DNA from: an uncultured bacterium
Lineage (GTDB): Bacteria; Chloroflexota; Dehalococcoidia; Lucifugimonadales; Lucifugimonadaceae
DNA length: 64,000 nt
Assembly (NCBI GenBank): GCA_963932695.1
Contig: CAWVRY010000004.1
Location: 10,954-74,953 of the forward strand
Direction: 5' to 3'
Position numbers and translations under genes: made by a program
Notes under the pieces: generated by a model
The model's input: only the letters and a program-made list of their open reading frames with translations
What the model was told of the DNA's origin: nothing
The model's database searches: none
Shown: in pieces, positions 47,452-56,087 of the stretch
How the letters are laid out: every line of letters begins with the position of its first letter
Numbering within the stretch: the first letter of the stretch is position 1

Positions 47452-48525
47452 CTAGTAAAACGAGAACTTCTTACGGATCATCTTGTCTTCACCGATCTTG
47501 GCGACGATCTGCTCGTGAAGTTCAAAGTCCCACTCACCGATGAAGCTGACCGCTGTTCCCCGTTTACCCATTCGGGCCGTACGACCGATTCGGTGAACGT
47601 ATTCCTCGATGTTCTCTGGCATGTCGTAGTTAATGACGTGAGATATCGTAGGGATATCAAGTCCACGTGCTGCGAGGTTGGTGGCAACCAACATCCTCAG
47701 ACTTCCATCTCGGAATGCGTTCATCACACGGTTACGCTCTGATTGGGACATTCCACCGTGGATGCCCTTGATTCCGAAACCTTCTCCGGCGAGTCCCTTA
47801 GAAAGTCGGTCAACTCCAACTTGCATTTTCCTGAAGATTAAAACCTGCGAACCTTCTGTTACGTCATCGAGAATTTCCAGGATTCCGTCGGCTTTGTCTT
47901 GCGACGCAACGTCGTAGAAAATCTGGTCGACTTCATCGACTGTTTCGATTCCTTTTGAATCGTTCACCAGCTGAATCCAGCGAGGATCGTCGAGATATCG
48001 GCGGATCAGTCCACGGATGAATCCGGGAATAGTTGCTGAGAACAGCGCAGTCTGGCGCGTGCTCGGCGTCCTCTTAAGAATGAACTCCATGTCGTCGGCG
48101 AATCCGATGTCGAGCATTTCGTCGGCTTCATCGAGCACTGCGTATCGCACATAGCCCAAATCGATAATCCGACGGTTCATTAGGTCTTTGAGTCGACCGG
48201 GCGTACCAACAACGATCGTAGCGCTCTTCTCTAGCGCTCGAATCTGCTTGGCGATCGGCTCACCACCGTACACGGCAACAACGCTGATTCCACGGTCACG
48301 ACCGATAAGCGCCAATTCTCGTTGCACTTGCTGCGCGAGTTCCCGAGTAGGAACAAGCACGAGACCCTGTACGTCCCGTGAGTTGGGGTCGACCTGGTTA
48401 CACATCGGAATTCCGAATGCAGCGGTTTTACCCGATCCAGTGACCGCCTGTGCGACCACATCGCGACCCTCAAGTTGCCAAGGAATAGAGACTTCTTGAA
48501 TTTCTGAAGGAGACTCGTATCCCAT
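47452..48525 (-). CDS. DEAD-box ATP-dependent RNA helicase (core; the true start lies upstream of 48525, see the next feature)
   Basis: Motifs: Q-region GYESPSEIQ, I AVTGSGKTAAF, Ia PTRELA, II DEAD, III SAT, V ARGLDIP, VI HRIGRTAR. ATG 48525 falls inside the Q-motif region, so it cannot be the real N-terminus. Confidence 0.9.
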   Translation of the reverse strand: MGYESPSEIQEVSIPWQLEGRDVVAQAVTGSGKTAAFGIPMCNQVDPNSRDVQGLVLVPTRELAQQVQRELALIGRDRGISVVAVYGGEPIAKQIRALEKSATIVVGTPGRLKDLMNRRIIDLGYVRYAVLDEADEMLDIGFADDMEFILKRTPSTRQTALFSATIPGFIRGLIRRYLDDPRWIQLVNDSKGIETVDEVDQIFYDVASQDKADGILEILDDVTEGSQVLIFRKMQVGVDRLSKGLAGEGFGIKGIHGGMSQSERNRVMNAFRDGSLRMLVATNLAARGLDIPTISHVINYDMPENIEEYVHRIGRTARMGKRGTAVSFIGEWDFELHEQIVAKIGEDKMIRKKFSFY

Positions 48526-49446
48526 GTTGGAAATCGAGTTGACGATGGTTTTTTCGAGTTTGAGTCCACCCCACTCTTCTGTACCGACCAGGTCGGTACG
48601 AACTTGAGTCAGAATTTCCTTGTCTGGTTGACGTTCTTCATCCCGTCTACGAACAGGCTTGCCACGAACCGGTGTGCGATCTGATCGCAGTGCAGCTGGT
48701 GCTTTAGCCTCTTCACGGGTTTCGCTGTACTCAGGTTTTGCGTAGCGATCTTCGTTCCTAGATCGTCGTGGTGTACGTTCTGATGCAAATGAATTTGGCG
48801 ACTCGCTTCTCGGCCGACGCGCTGGTCGGTCGTCACGTCTCTCACGGAATTCTTCCCGCGGCGACCTGTCGTCCTGACTTCGATCGCCACCACGGTTGTC
48901 TCGGCGGCTATCACTCTTAGAACGCGTTGGACGGGAGTCTGTATTACGATTTTGTCGCCCATCTATGACAGGACGTGAATCTACATTTCGGCCGAGGCGT
49001 GGAGCATCTGAACGTTGTTTATCGCGTTGCTCGGATGAATGTGATTCGGGTTCACCATTACGTCGAGCACGATTGCTTGGGCGTCTTCCGCCACGGCTGC
49101 TGTCTCGATCGTCACGATCGCGCCGATCGTTGTCACGCGAGTTGGCACGTCGAGGACCTCGGTCATCGTTGCGTGTTTCACTTCGACGGTCCGAGCTTTC
49201 GCCGGAGCTTCGATTCGATTTACGAGAGGGTTCTGATTCCCGGCGTGACCCTGATTGGGAGTCGACAGAGCGGGAGCGGGTAGATTCTTCGGAATTTGGA
49301 GTGCGGTTAGCGGCTGTACGATTGCTAGTTCGTGAGTTCGATTCAGCTGATGCCGAATCGTCGTTCTTGTTGCCGCCACCGATGAGACTTTTCAGTCGGC
49401 CTAGAGTGCCCAGTGTTCTGGTGCCCTTCTGATGGTAGGAGTGGTT
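48526..49446 (-). other. In-frame, stop-free 307-codon Arg/Asp/Ser/Asn-rich extension upstream of the helicase core, with no ATG/GTG/TTG
   Basis: My manual translation in the helicase frame from the TGA at 49447-49449 begins NHSYHQKGTRTLGTLGRLKSLIGGGNKNDDS. It continues through SRDNDRRDRDDRDSSRGGRR and RERRDDRPARRPRSES. It ends ...KEILTQVRTDLVGTEEWGGLKLEKTIVNSISN-MGYESPSEIQ. The last ~20 residues are the conserved aromatic/Q-motif lead-in. The coding strand is very T-poor. Confidence 0.5.
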
Positions 49447-49585
49447 TCAGTAAGTATTTTTGAATTGCTTACTTCTAGTGTACTTCTTGATTAAGCGTTT
49501 CTGACAATCAACTTCGATTCAGCTTTCGATTCGATCAAACTCCGTTCAGCCGCAAACAGGTTGTTAAGTCAGGTTTTTCTATAGT

Positions 49586-50788
49586 GTGGCTTTCATGAGC
49601 ACAGTCAACGCCAGCACTCCGGTCAACGATGCAACTTCGCCGCAGCGATCTTCGTTTAAGCAATGGATCGACGCCTATCGTGACAATTGGATCAAGTATT
49701 CAACAGCATCAGTTCTAGTATTGTTCGTTGTAATTGCGATTGGTTTACTTACCGGAAGCGCTCTGGGATTAATCGTTGTTTGTGCAATTATAACCGCCGG
49801 TTCTGTCGGCATTCATGTGTATTTGTCTAATCGGCTTCGAGTGGTCAGTAACGAACTCGATGAAGCCGAAGACCGACTGGCAAACGAGGCTAGTTCAAGC
49901 AGAATCCTTAATGGCATTCGCACGTTTCGGGCAAACAACTCACTCAGTCAGGATGCCCGACTTGCGACCGCGGCTCGCATGGCAACGGAGTATCCGGCTG
50001 CGATCGTGTTCAATTTACGAGACGCTCATGGAGTGCTTGCCCCTTCCAACTGGAGCTATGATGGCCAGCTATCACACATACGAGATCAGTTCGAGACGCT
50101 CGATGGTGATGATCCAGGAGCGATAGCGGCTCGACAGGGATCGGCGATCGTAATTTCAAATACCGACGCACGCGCCGAAACGCTGCCGGCTTGGGCAGAG
50201 CATGCCGGTTTCTCTCAAGGAATCGTGGCACCGATCAGCCGTGGGCTCGACACTATCGGCGTGATCTATGTGTTAAACAAGTCGGGCAAACTTCCCACGC
50301 TGAACGAAATTGAGCAGCTTGAGCTGATCGTCAGTTTTAATTCACATGGTGCTCTAGCATCCGGTCGTGAGACCGCACCCGGTCCAACTCAGCCGTTCCG
50401 AGTTGTAGAGAAACCTAGCACGTCGAGTCTGGGTGATTCACCTGCTGCCACTCATCCGATTCGCATGGAAGGGTTCGCACTGAATCCTGAGTCGGGAAGA
50501 ATGGAGATGGACGGCATCTTGATTTCCTTATCTCCAACCGAGTTCCTGTTGATGCACGCACTGGCTTCGTCACCCGATAAGCCGGTTTCGCCCGAAGTGC
50601 TTATGAGCAACTGCTGGTCGAAGAATTCTCGACCTGCCGACAACGCTGTCGATGTCGCTATATTCCGCTTACGCAAGAAGTTGAACAAGACGGCGTCAGG
50701 CGAAGGACTTATCAAGACGGTTCGAGGCAGCGGCTACATGTTCATCCCACCGGCTTCGACCACTGCATCGCCCGTAGTCGCCGACTAA
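49586..50788 (+). CDS. Membrane-anchored one-component regulator: 2 TM, a GAF-like domain, and a C-terminal OmpR/PhoB-type winged helix
   Basis: 400 aa (GTG 49586, or ATG 49595). TM helices around VLVLFVVIAIGLL / LIVVCAIITAGSVGI. GAF-like end block GVIYVLNKSG...LNEIEQLELIVSF. C-terminal trans_reg_C pattern LSPTEFLLMHALA...VDVAIFRLRKKL...IKTVRGSGYMF. Confidence 0.75.
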   Translation: MAFMSTVNASTPVNDATSPQRSSFKQWIDAYRDNWIKYSTASVLVLFVVIAIGLLTGSALGLIVVCAIITAGSVGIHVYLSNRLRVVSNELDEAEDRLANEASSSRILNGIRTFRANNSLSQDARLATAARMATEYPAAIVFNLRDAHGVLAPSNWSYDGQLSHIRDQFETLDGDDPGAIAARQGSAIVISNTDARAETLPAWAEHAGFSQGIVAPISRGLDTIGVIYVLNKSGKLPTLNEIEQLELIVSFNSHGALASGRETAPGPTQPFRVVEKPSTSSLGDSPAATHPIRMEGFALNPESGRMEMDGILISLSPTEFLLMHALASSPDKPVSPEVLMSNCWSKNSRPADNAVDVAIFRLRKKLNKTASGEGLIKTVRGSGYMFIPPASTTASPVVAD

Positions 50789-50827
50789 ATATTCAGGTCT
50801 TAACCCAAACTCTCATCGCTTAAAAGT

Positions 50828-50861
50828 TAACGCCGCACCGAAGGCGTTGGGTGCGACGTTA
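50828..50861. terminator. Hairpin between convergent genes (possible bidirectional terminator)
   Basis: TAACGCCGCACC-gaaggcgttg-GGTGCGACGTTA, a 12-bp stem with one mismatch. No clear U-tract on either side. Confidence 0.4.
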
Positions 50862-50927
50862 CGCCAACCGGCCTTACGACCGGGTCCGCTATATGTAGCC
50901 GTTGTGTGTGGCAACGACCATCAAAAA

Positions 50928-51989
50928 TTAACCGGTAGGTAGAAGAACCGGACCTCGTGTGCGACGAGGTGCTGGTGTATCGAAAACCGACACCACCGGA
51001 TCTATCGCCACTTCACGTCGTATTGGAATGATCGGAGTGAACATGTCTTCACTACTTTGCTCAGTACCGATTCCAGCCAGAACTATCGTCACATTGATCT
51101 CTTTGCCCATCCCGATCAAGCGTTCACTCGACACGTGAATAATCGCACTCATGCCTATTTCATCACGCACTTTGTCGACAGCATCAGCAACCTGCCCAAG
51201 CGACAGTCCAATGCCGCCCACGACGTGTGCAACAACTGATCGAGCACATACGAATTCTCTCGAAGTGGAAGCAAAGGCTTTATCGACAGCCCTGCTCCCT
51301 GCGTGAAGCCCAGTAGAAGCTCCCGAAATAACGGCTGACTCGCCAGCATTGGTTAGCGAATCCTGCACTGAGATAGCCCGCTCAGGTGAAAATTCGAGTG
51401 CGAGCGTAACTGCATTTACCGCGGCTGCGATATTCTTGTCGGCTTTCACAAAGGCATCGTTCAACGATCCACCCATCGCACCACCAGTCAGTAAATCATC
51501 GTTGCACATCATCATCACGGTATCAGCAGAGGATTTTAGAAGTTCATGTGCACGGGCGGCAGATTGGTTTCGAAAACGACCTTCAAACTCGAACGGCATG
51601 TTCACAGCCGCAATGGTCAACGCACCCGATTTTCGTGTGATTCGGGCAATCTCTGGTGCAAGCCCTGAGCCTGTGCCCCGGCCTAGACCAGCAAGTAGGA
51701 TCACCACGTCGGCGCCGTAGATGAAGTCGACCACCTTTGATTCATATTTGCTGAACAAATCAACTGCGGTTTCTGGATTACCACCGGTACCAAAGCCGTT
51801 TCCGATTGCCAAAGTTTCCACGCGCTCGTTTAGATGTCCTGCCGCAGATCCAGTGTCGATACCTAGCATGCGTACGTTATTCGAAACGGTATCGGTCAAT
51901 CGATTCAATGAGGAACATCCAGCTCCGCCGATACCGATAATTTTGACTTCAACGCTGGCTGCTCTGGGCAACTCTTTTAACTTCATCAT
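50928..51989 (-). CDS. Divergent FtsZ/tubulin-family GTPase (FtsZ paralog-like)
   Basis: 353 aa. KIIGIGGAGCSSLNRL, GFGTGGNPE, ILLAGLGRGTGSGLAPEIA (variant of GGGTGTG), LTIAAVNMPFEFEGRFR, and LNDAF.KAD. It aligns by eye along E. coli FtsZ residues ~10-320. Confidence 0.85.
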   Translation of the reverse strand: MMKLKELPRAASVEVKIIGIGGAGCSSLNRLTDTVSNNVRMLGIDTGSAAGHLNERVETLAIGNGFGTGGNPETAVDLFSKYESKVVDFIYGADVVILLAGLGRGTGSGLAPEIARITRKSGALTIAAVNMPFEFEGRFRNQSAARAHELLKSSADTVMMMCNDDLLTGGAMGGSLNDAFVKADKNIAAAVNAVTLALEFSPERAISVQDSLTNAGESAVISGASTGLHAGSRAVDKAFASTSREFVCARSVVAHVVGGIGLSLGQVADAVDKVRDEIGMSAIIHVSSERLIGMGKEINVTIVLAGIGTEQSSEDMFTPIIPIRREVAIDPVVSVFDTPAPRRTRGPVLLPTG

Positions 51990-52294
51990 CCGAACCCTGC
52001 CTTATCTGCATTTGGCAGAGATCAATTAGTTGTTCCCATCGCTGCCGTCAACACAAATTAGCACACTCGTTCTACTATTTGAAAGCCTTTCAGAACACTT
52101 ATTCGGAACACCCGTGCTAATTCACCTGTTTGCAGGTAAGAAAGCTGTTTGCATAGGGGTTCGAGTGGTTTTCGGTGATGATCTGATTTCAGCGAGAATC
52201 ACAGATTTCCATGCCCACTTCTATCGAACTTCCATTCAATTTATCAGCGTTCACAAGTTTCAAGAACGGAAACAAAACCGAGCTGACCTACTAA

Positions 52295-52932
52295 CTAAAA
52301 TGGGCAGCTTGGAAGTGGTTGCGGGAAGTCGCTGAGCACCAGATTATCGGATATGAAGTCCGACTTGAAGGTCTGTTCGGCAGAATTGCTTACGTGGTAA
52401 GTCTCGGGCCTGAAAACAGGGTGTTTCTTATCGAAGTGAAGTCAAGCCGTACTGATCTGAATCGTGATGACGACAACGAGCGTACCCACGAGAAATTGCG
52501 AAAAAAGAAAAGTCGCTGCACGCGGCGGCAGAACTAACGAACAGTGTTTTAGCAACTGCGAAAGCGTCGGTCAGGGCTAAACCCAACAGCGACTAGGATC
52601 GTGCGGTCGCAATTGCTGAATCGAATGCGACGAAAATCATGACCACGTCCGCATCAACTAAAAAGCGTATCGATACTCTGTCGACCAAGTTCCACGATCG
52701 GTCATATTTGATATGCGCCGACTATCACTACATCATGGCTCCACACCGGATGATCCGCACTACTGAGCTTCACGACCAATGGGGATTGCTTAATAAACGA
52801 GTCGAGGCGGTCGTAGAAGCGCCACTAAAGCAAGTGAAGCGAGTAACTCAACATGTGCGGCGAGCAATTTCTCGTGCGAACACACGTGAATTAATGAAGG
52901 CGTGCGAAGTCGACGTTCAGCGAACGAAATGA
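52295..52932 (+). pseudogene. Fragmented PD-(D/E)XK nuclease-like gene (MmcB/VRR-NUC-like), tentative
   Basis: Frame 1 reads ...GYEVRLEGLFGRIAYVVSLGPENRVFLIEVKSSRTDLNRD... to a stop at 52535-37. After a 1-nt shift near the A-run at 52500-52511, a second frame runs through an in-frame TAG (52594-96) into ...YLICADYHYIMAPHRMI...HDQWGLL... Confidence 0.35.
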
Positions 52933-52960
52933 TTTTCGAACCGGAGCGTAAAAGTGAAAA

Positions 52961-54124
52961 CTACAGAATCTTGCGGAGTCGCTCGATAGCCTCTTTGAGG
53001 TTAGCGCGTGAGTTCGCAAATGACACTCGAATGTAGCCATCGCCGAACACTCCGAATGCAGTTCCCGAAAGCAGCGCCACGCCACCCTCGTACATTGCCT
53101 TCTCGGCAAACTCCTGAGAGGTCAAACCTGTTCCCTTGATATTCGGGAACGCATAGAAAGCACCCTTAGGTGTCGGGCAGGTGACCCCAGGAAGTGAATT
53201 CAGTCCCTCGACGATGATGTCTCGTCGAACGGTGAACTCTTTCATCATTTCCTTCACCGATTCCTGAGAACCTTCAAGCGCAGCGATACCGGCCATCTGG
53301 GTGTGAACTGATGTGCAAGAAACACTGTTCGTCATGAGTCGAGTCACAGGTTCAACAAGGAACTCGGGGAATATTCCGTAGCCCAAGCGCCATCCGGTCA
53401 TCGCGTAGCTCTTAGAGAATCCATCAAGGATCACGGTGCGCTCGCGCATGCCGGGGAACTTCGTAATAGAAACGTGCTCCACGTCGTCGCCGTAGTACAT
53501 GTCTTTGTAAATTTCATCAGCCATGACCGTGATGTCATTTTCGACAGCCATCTGAGCGATCTTCTCGAGATCTGCTTCAGGAATAACACTTCCGCACGGG
53601 TTATTGGGTGAGTTGACAATCATCAACTTAGTGCGAGGCGTGATCAGCGATCGAAGCTTGTCGATATCGGCGTTGTAGCCGGTCTCTTCGTTCAACTGCA
53701 TTGGAACGGCAGTGCCGCCCATGTATTCGATCATCGACTCGTAGATCGGGAACCCGGGGTTCGGGTAGATAACCTCGTCACCCTCTTCGATCAACGCCAT
53801 GATCGTGAAGAACATAACCGGCTTGCCGCCGGGAGTAACGATCACGCTGTCTGGCGATACGTCGTAGCCCTGTCGTTCGGTCTGGTGCTTGGCGATTGCC
53901 TGACGAGTTTCGAGCTGGCCTGCGGATGCACCGTAGTGGGTGAACCCATCGTCGAGTGCTTTCTTGGCGGCGTCTCGAATGTGCACAGGGGTATCGAAAT
54001 CAGGTTCACCGATTTCGAGGTGAATGATCGATTTCCCCTGACGTTCCAGTTCTCTGGCCTTAGCGAGGGTTTCGAACGCGGTTTCGGTACCCAGATTTGC
54101 CTGTCGAGATGCGAGCTGTGTCAC
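52961..54124 (-). CDS. Class I pyridoxal-phosphate-dependent aminotransferase (aspartate aminotransferase-like)
   Basis: 387 aa. IHLEIGEPDF, NSPNNPCG, PLP-Lys region DGFSKSYAMTGWRLGY, and R..F near the C-terminus. Confidence 0.9.
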   Translation of the reverse strand: MTQLASRQANLGTETAFETLAKARELERQGKSIIHLEIGEPDFDTPVHIRDAAKKALDDGFTHYGASAGQLETRQAIAKHQTERQGYDVSPDSVIVTPGGKPVMFFTIMALIEEGDEVIYPNPGFPIYESMIEYMGGTAVPMQLNEETGYNADIDKLRSLITPRTKLMIVNSPNNPCGSVIPEADLEKIAQMAVENDITVMADEIYKDMYYGDDVEHVSITKFPGMRERTVILDGFSKSYAMTGWRLGYGIFPEFLVEPVTRLMTNSVSCTSVHTQMAGIAALEGSQESVKEMMKEFTVRRDIIVEGLNSLPGVTCPTPKGAFYAFPNIKGTGLTSQEFAEKAMYEGGVALLSGTAFGVFGDGYIRVSFANSRANLKEAIERLRKIL

Positions 54125-54410
54125 TGTGGAGCGGCCTATTCAACTATTGAAGATGTGAGAGCCAAAACGAATTCGCTTCCGATAGTCGCTCAAACGAGTC
54201 AACTTCTGACGTTACCGAATTCGCAGCAAGGTAAAAATGTTCTTCCAGCACAGTTGGCATGTCAACATCTGATGAGACAATAGCAGTACCAGTAAGTTAG
54301 GTAATTCGAAATCTTCATAACGATTTGTCAAATTATCGTCGTAAGACCACCAGTTCCAGGATCACCCCCCGGGCACGTAAACCGCAGTTATCACAGAGAC
54401 AGAAAACTCC

Positions 54411-55196
54411 ATGCCACATTCAGACACCAAACGAAATAGACAGAATCGAATGAAAAATCTCATAAAGTCGGGAAAACCGGCTTATGGGGTATCGGTCCAA
54501 TTCCCTTCCGCTGAAATCGTCGAAATGATCGGCGAACTCGATTTCGACTGGGTGATGCTCGATGCCGAACACGGGTCGATTACACCCGACAACATCGGCC
54601 CGATGATTATGGCCGCTGAGATTCGCGGGATAACACCAATCGTTCGACCTGAGAAAAACGACCCTGCCATCATCAATAAGTACCTCGACCGCGGTGCCAT
54701 GGGTGTTCAAGTTCCACACGTAAATACTGCCGACGAAGCCCGTGCCGTTGTCGAAGCATGCCTATATCACCCGAACGGCATGAGAGGTTTAGGTGGCGGT
54801 CGCATGGCAGATTTCGGTTGGGGCTCGCCAACTTCGGAATACGTCAAAGATTCCAACAAAGAAATGCTTGTGTGCATTCAGATCGAAGATATCGCAGCGG
54901 TCGAAAATCTCGACGAGATACTTGCCGTCCCCGACATCGATGTCTTCTTCATCGGCCCAACCGATCTGGCGCAGTCGATGGGTCATCCCGGCGACAACGG
55001 ACATCCCGACGTTCAAAAGGTCGTCAAAGAAACCTTCGACAGAATTCATGCAGCGGGCCACGCTTCAGGCACCCCGAGTGCAGCCGAGCAAGCGCTGAAG
55101 AACACCGAGGCCGGTATTCAATATCACTACACCCACATTCCAACATTCATGAGCAGCTACGGCAAGCACTTCATGGAAACCGTCGGACGGGCTTAG
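54411..55196 (+). CDS. HpcH/HpaI-family aldolase
   Basis: 261 aa. DWVMLDAEHG, IVRP, GVQVPHV and IQIED...N..EI..V.GIDVFFIGP.DL blocks. Confidence 0.88.
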   Translation: MPHSDTKRNRQNRMKNLIKSGKPAYGVSVQFPSAEIVEMIGELDFDWVMLDAEHGSITPDNIGPMIMAAEIRGITPIVRPEKNDPAIINKYLDRGAMGVQVPHVNTADEARAVVEACLYHPNGMRGLGGGRMADFGWGSPTSEYVKDSNKEMLVCIQIEDIAAVENLDEILAVPDIDVFFIGPTDLAQSMGHPGDNGHPDVQKVVKETFDRIHAAGHASGTPSAAEQALKNTEAGIQYHYTHIPTFMSSYGKHFMETVGRA

Positions 55197-55229
55197 AGGC
55201 TTTTTAGCCGGATACGGACTGAACACCAA

Positions 55230-56009
55230 GTGACGATGGACTACGTGGCGTGGGCCGAGTGGTACGACATTTTCTACGCGGCCGCCGATCCTGGAGATAT
55301 CGATTTTTATCACGGACTTTGCCAAGCTTCTGGCGGACCCGTTTTGGAGTTCGGTGTCGGTACAGGTCGAATCGCCCTACCGCTCGCCCAACAAGGCATG
55401 GAGATCGTTGGTATCGATTTATTTGAGCCGATGCTCAGGGTCGCCCACCAGAACGCTCTCGATGTAGCGCCACTTGATGGAAGCCTTCGCCTAATTCAAG
55501 CTGACATGCGCGATTTCGACCTGAAGCGACAGTTTCCGGTTGTGACTATTCCGGCGCGAACGCTTTTGCTCGCAACGACCGAGGCTGAACAGATCGACAC
55601 GCTTTGTTGCGCCGCAAAGCATCTGGCGCCAGATGGAACAATGGCTTTCAACCTGTTTTACCCAGACCCCGAAATGCTCGCCGATGATCCTGACGAAGAG
55701 TTCCTTCTGGAGGTTGTCGATAAGCCCGACGGCGGTCGATATGTGCTTACGGCGAAGAATCGTTTCGATCTAGAGACGCAACTTAACCACGGTGTTCAGA
55801 TTGCCGAAGAGCTTGATTCGAAAGGCGAAATTCTTCGACGACAAGAACTCGAAGTCGTCGTCCGTTTTTTGTACCCCGAGCAGATCATCGCTCTTTGCGA
55901 TCGAGTCGGATTAGAGGTGATTGAAATGTGGGGTGATTTCGAAGGTGGCGAACTAAACGAGGAAAGCGACGAGATCGTCGTGCTGGCCCGTCACAAGGAC
56001 TCTAACTAG
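55230..56009 (+). CDS. Class I SAM-dependent methyltransferase
   Basis: 259 aa (GTG 55230, or ATG 55236). Motif I VLEFGVGTGR, then IVGIDL. Confidence 0.8.
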   Translation: MTMDYVAWAEWYDIFYAAADPGDIDFYHGLCQASGGPVLEFGVGTGRIALPLAQQGMEIVGIDLFEPMLRVAHQNALDVAPLDGSLRLIQADMRDFDLKRQFPVVTIPARTLLLATTEAEQIDTLCCAAKHLAPDGTMAFNLFYPDPEMLADDPDEEFLLEVVDKPDGGRYVLTAKNRFDLETQLNHGVQIAEELDSKGEILRRQELEVVVRFLYPEQIIALCDRVGLEVIEMWGDFEGGELNEESDEIVVLARHKDSN

Positions 56010-56087
56010 ATTCGAGATAACGAGTAAGGCGACCAATCAACGGATCAGTCGTCTCAGTTCATTTTAAATCGGCCAATCAGTCAGAAC

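Noticed and set aside
48896-49432. A 178-aa plus-strand ORF (Arg/Ser/Leu-rich), and the minus-strand ORFs 48609..48962 and 48981..49379.
   Set aside because: These are artefacts of the strongly strand-biased, low-complexity DNA upstream of the helicase core. All frames are open there. Only the frame continuous with the helicase Q-motif has a functional rationale.
52030-52335. A 101-aa TTG-initiated ORF upstream of the nuclease-like remnant.
   Set aside because: No RBS, no recognisable motif, and an AT-rich promoter-like region of the divergent FtsZ-like gene. It is more likely non-coding.
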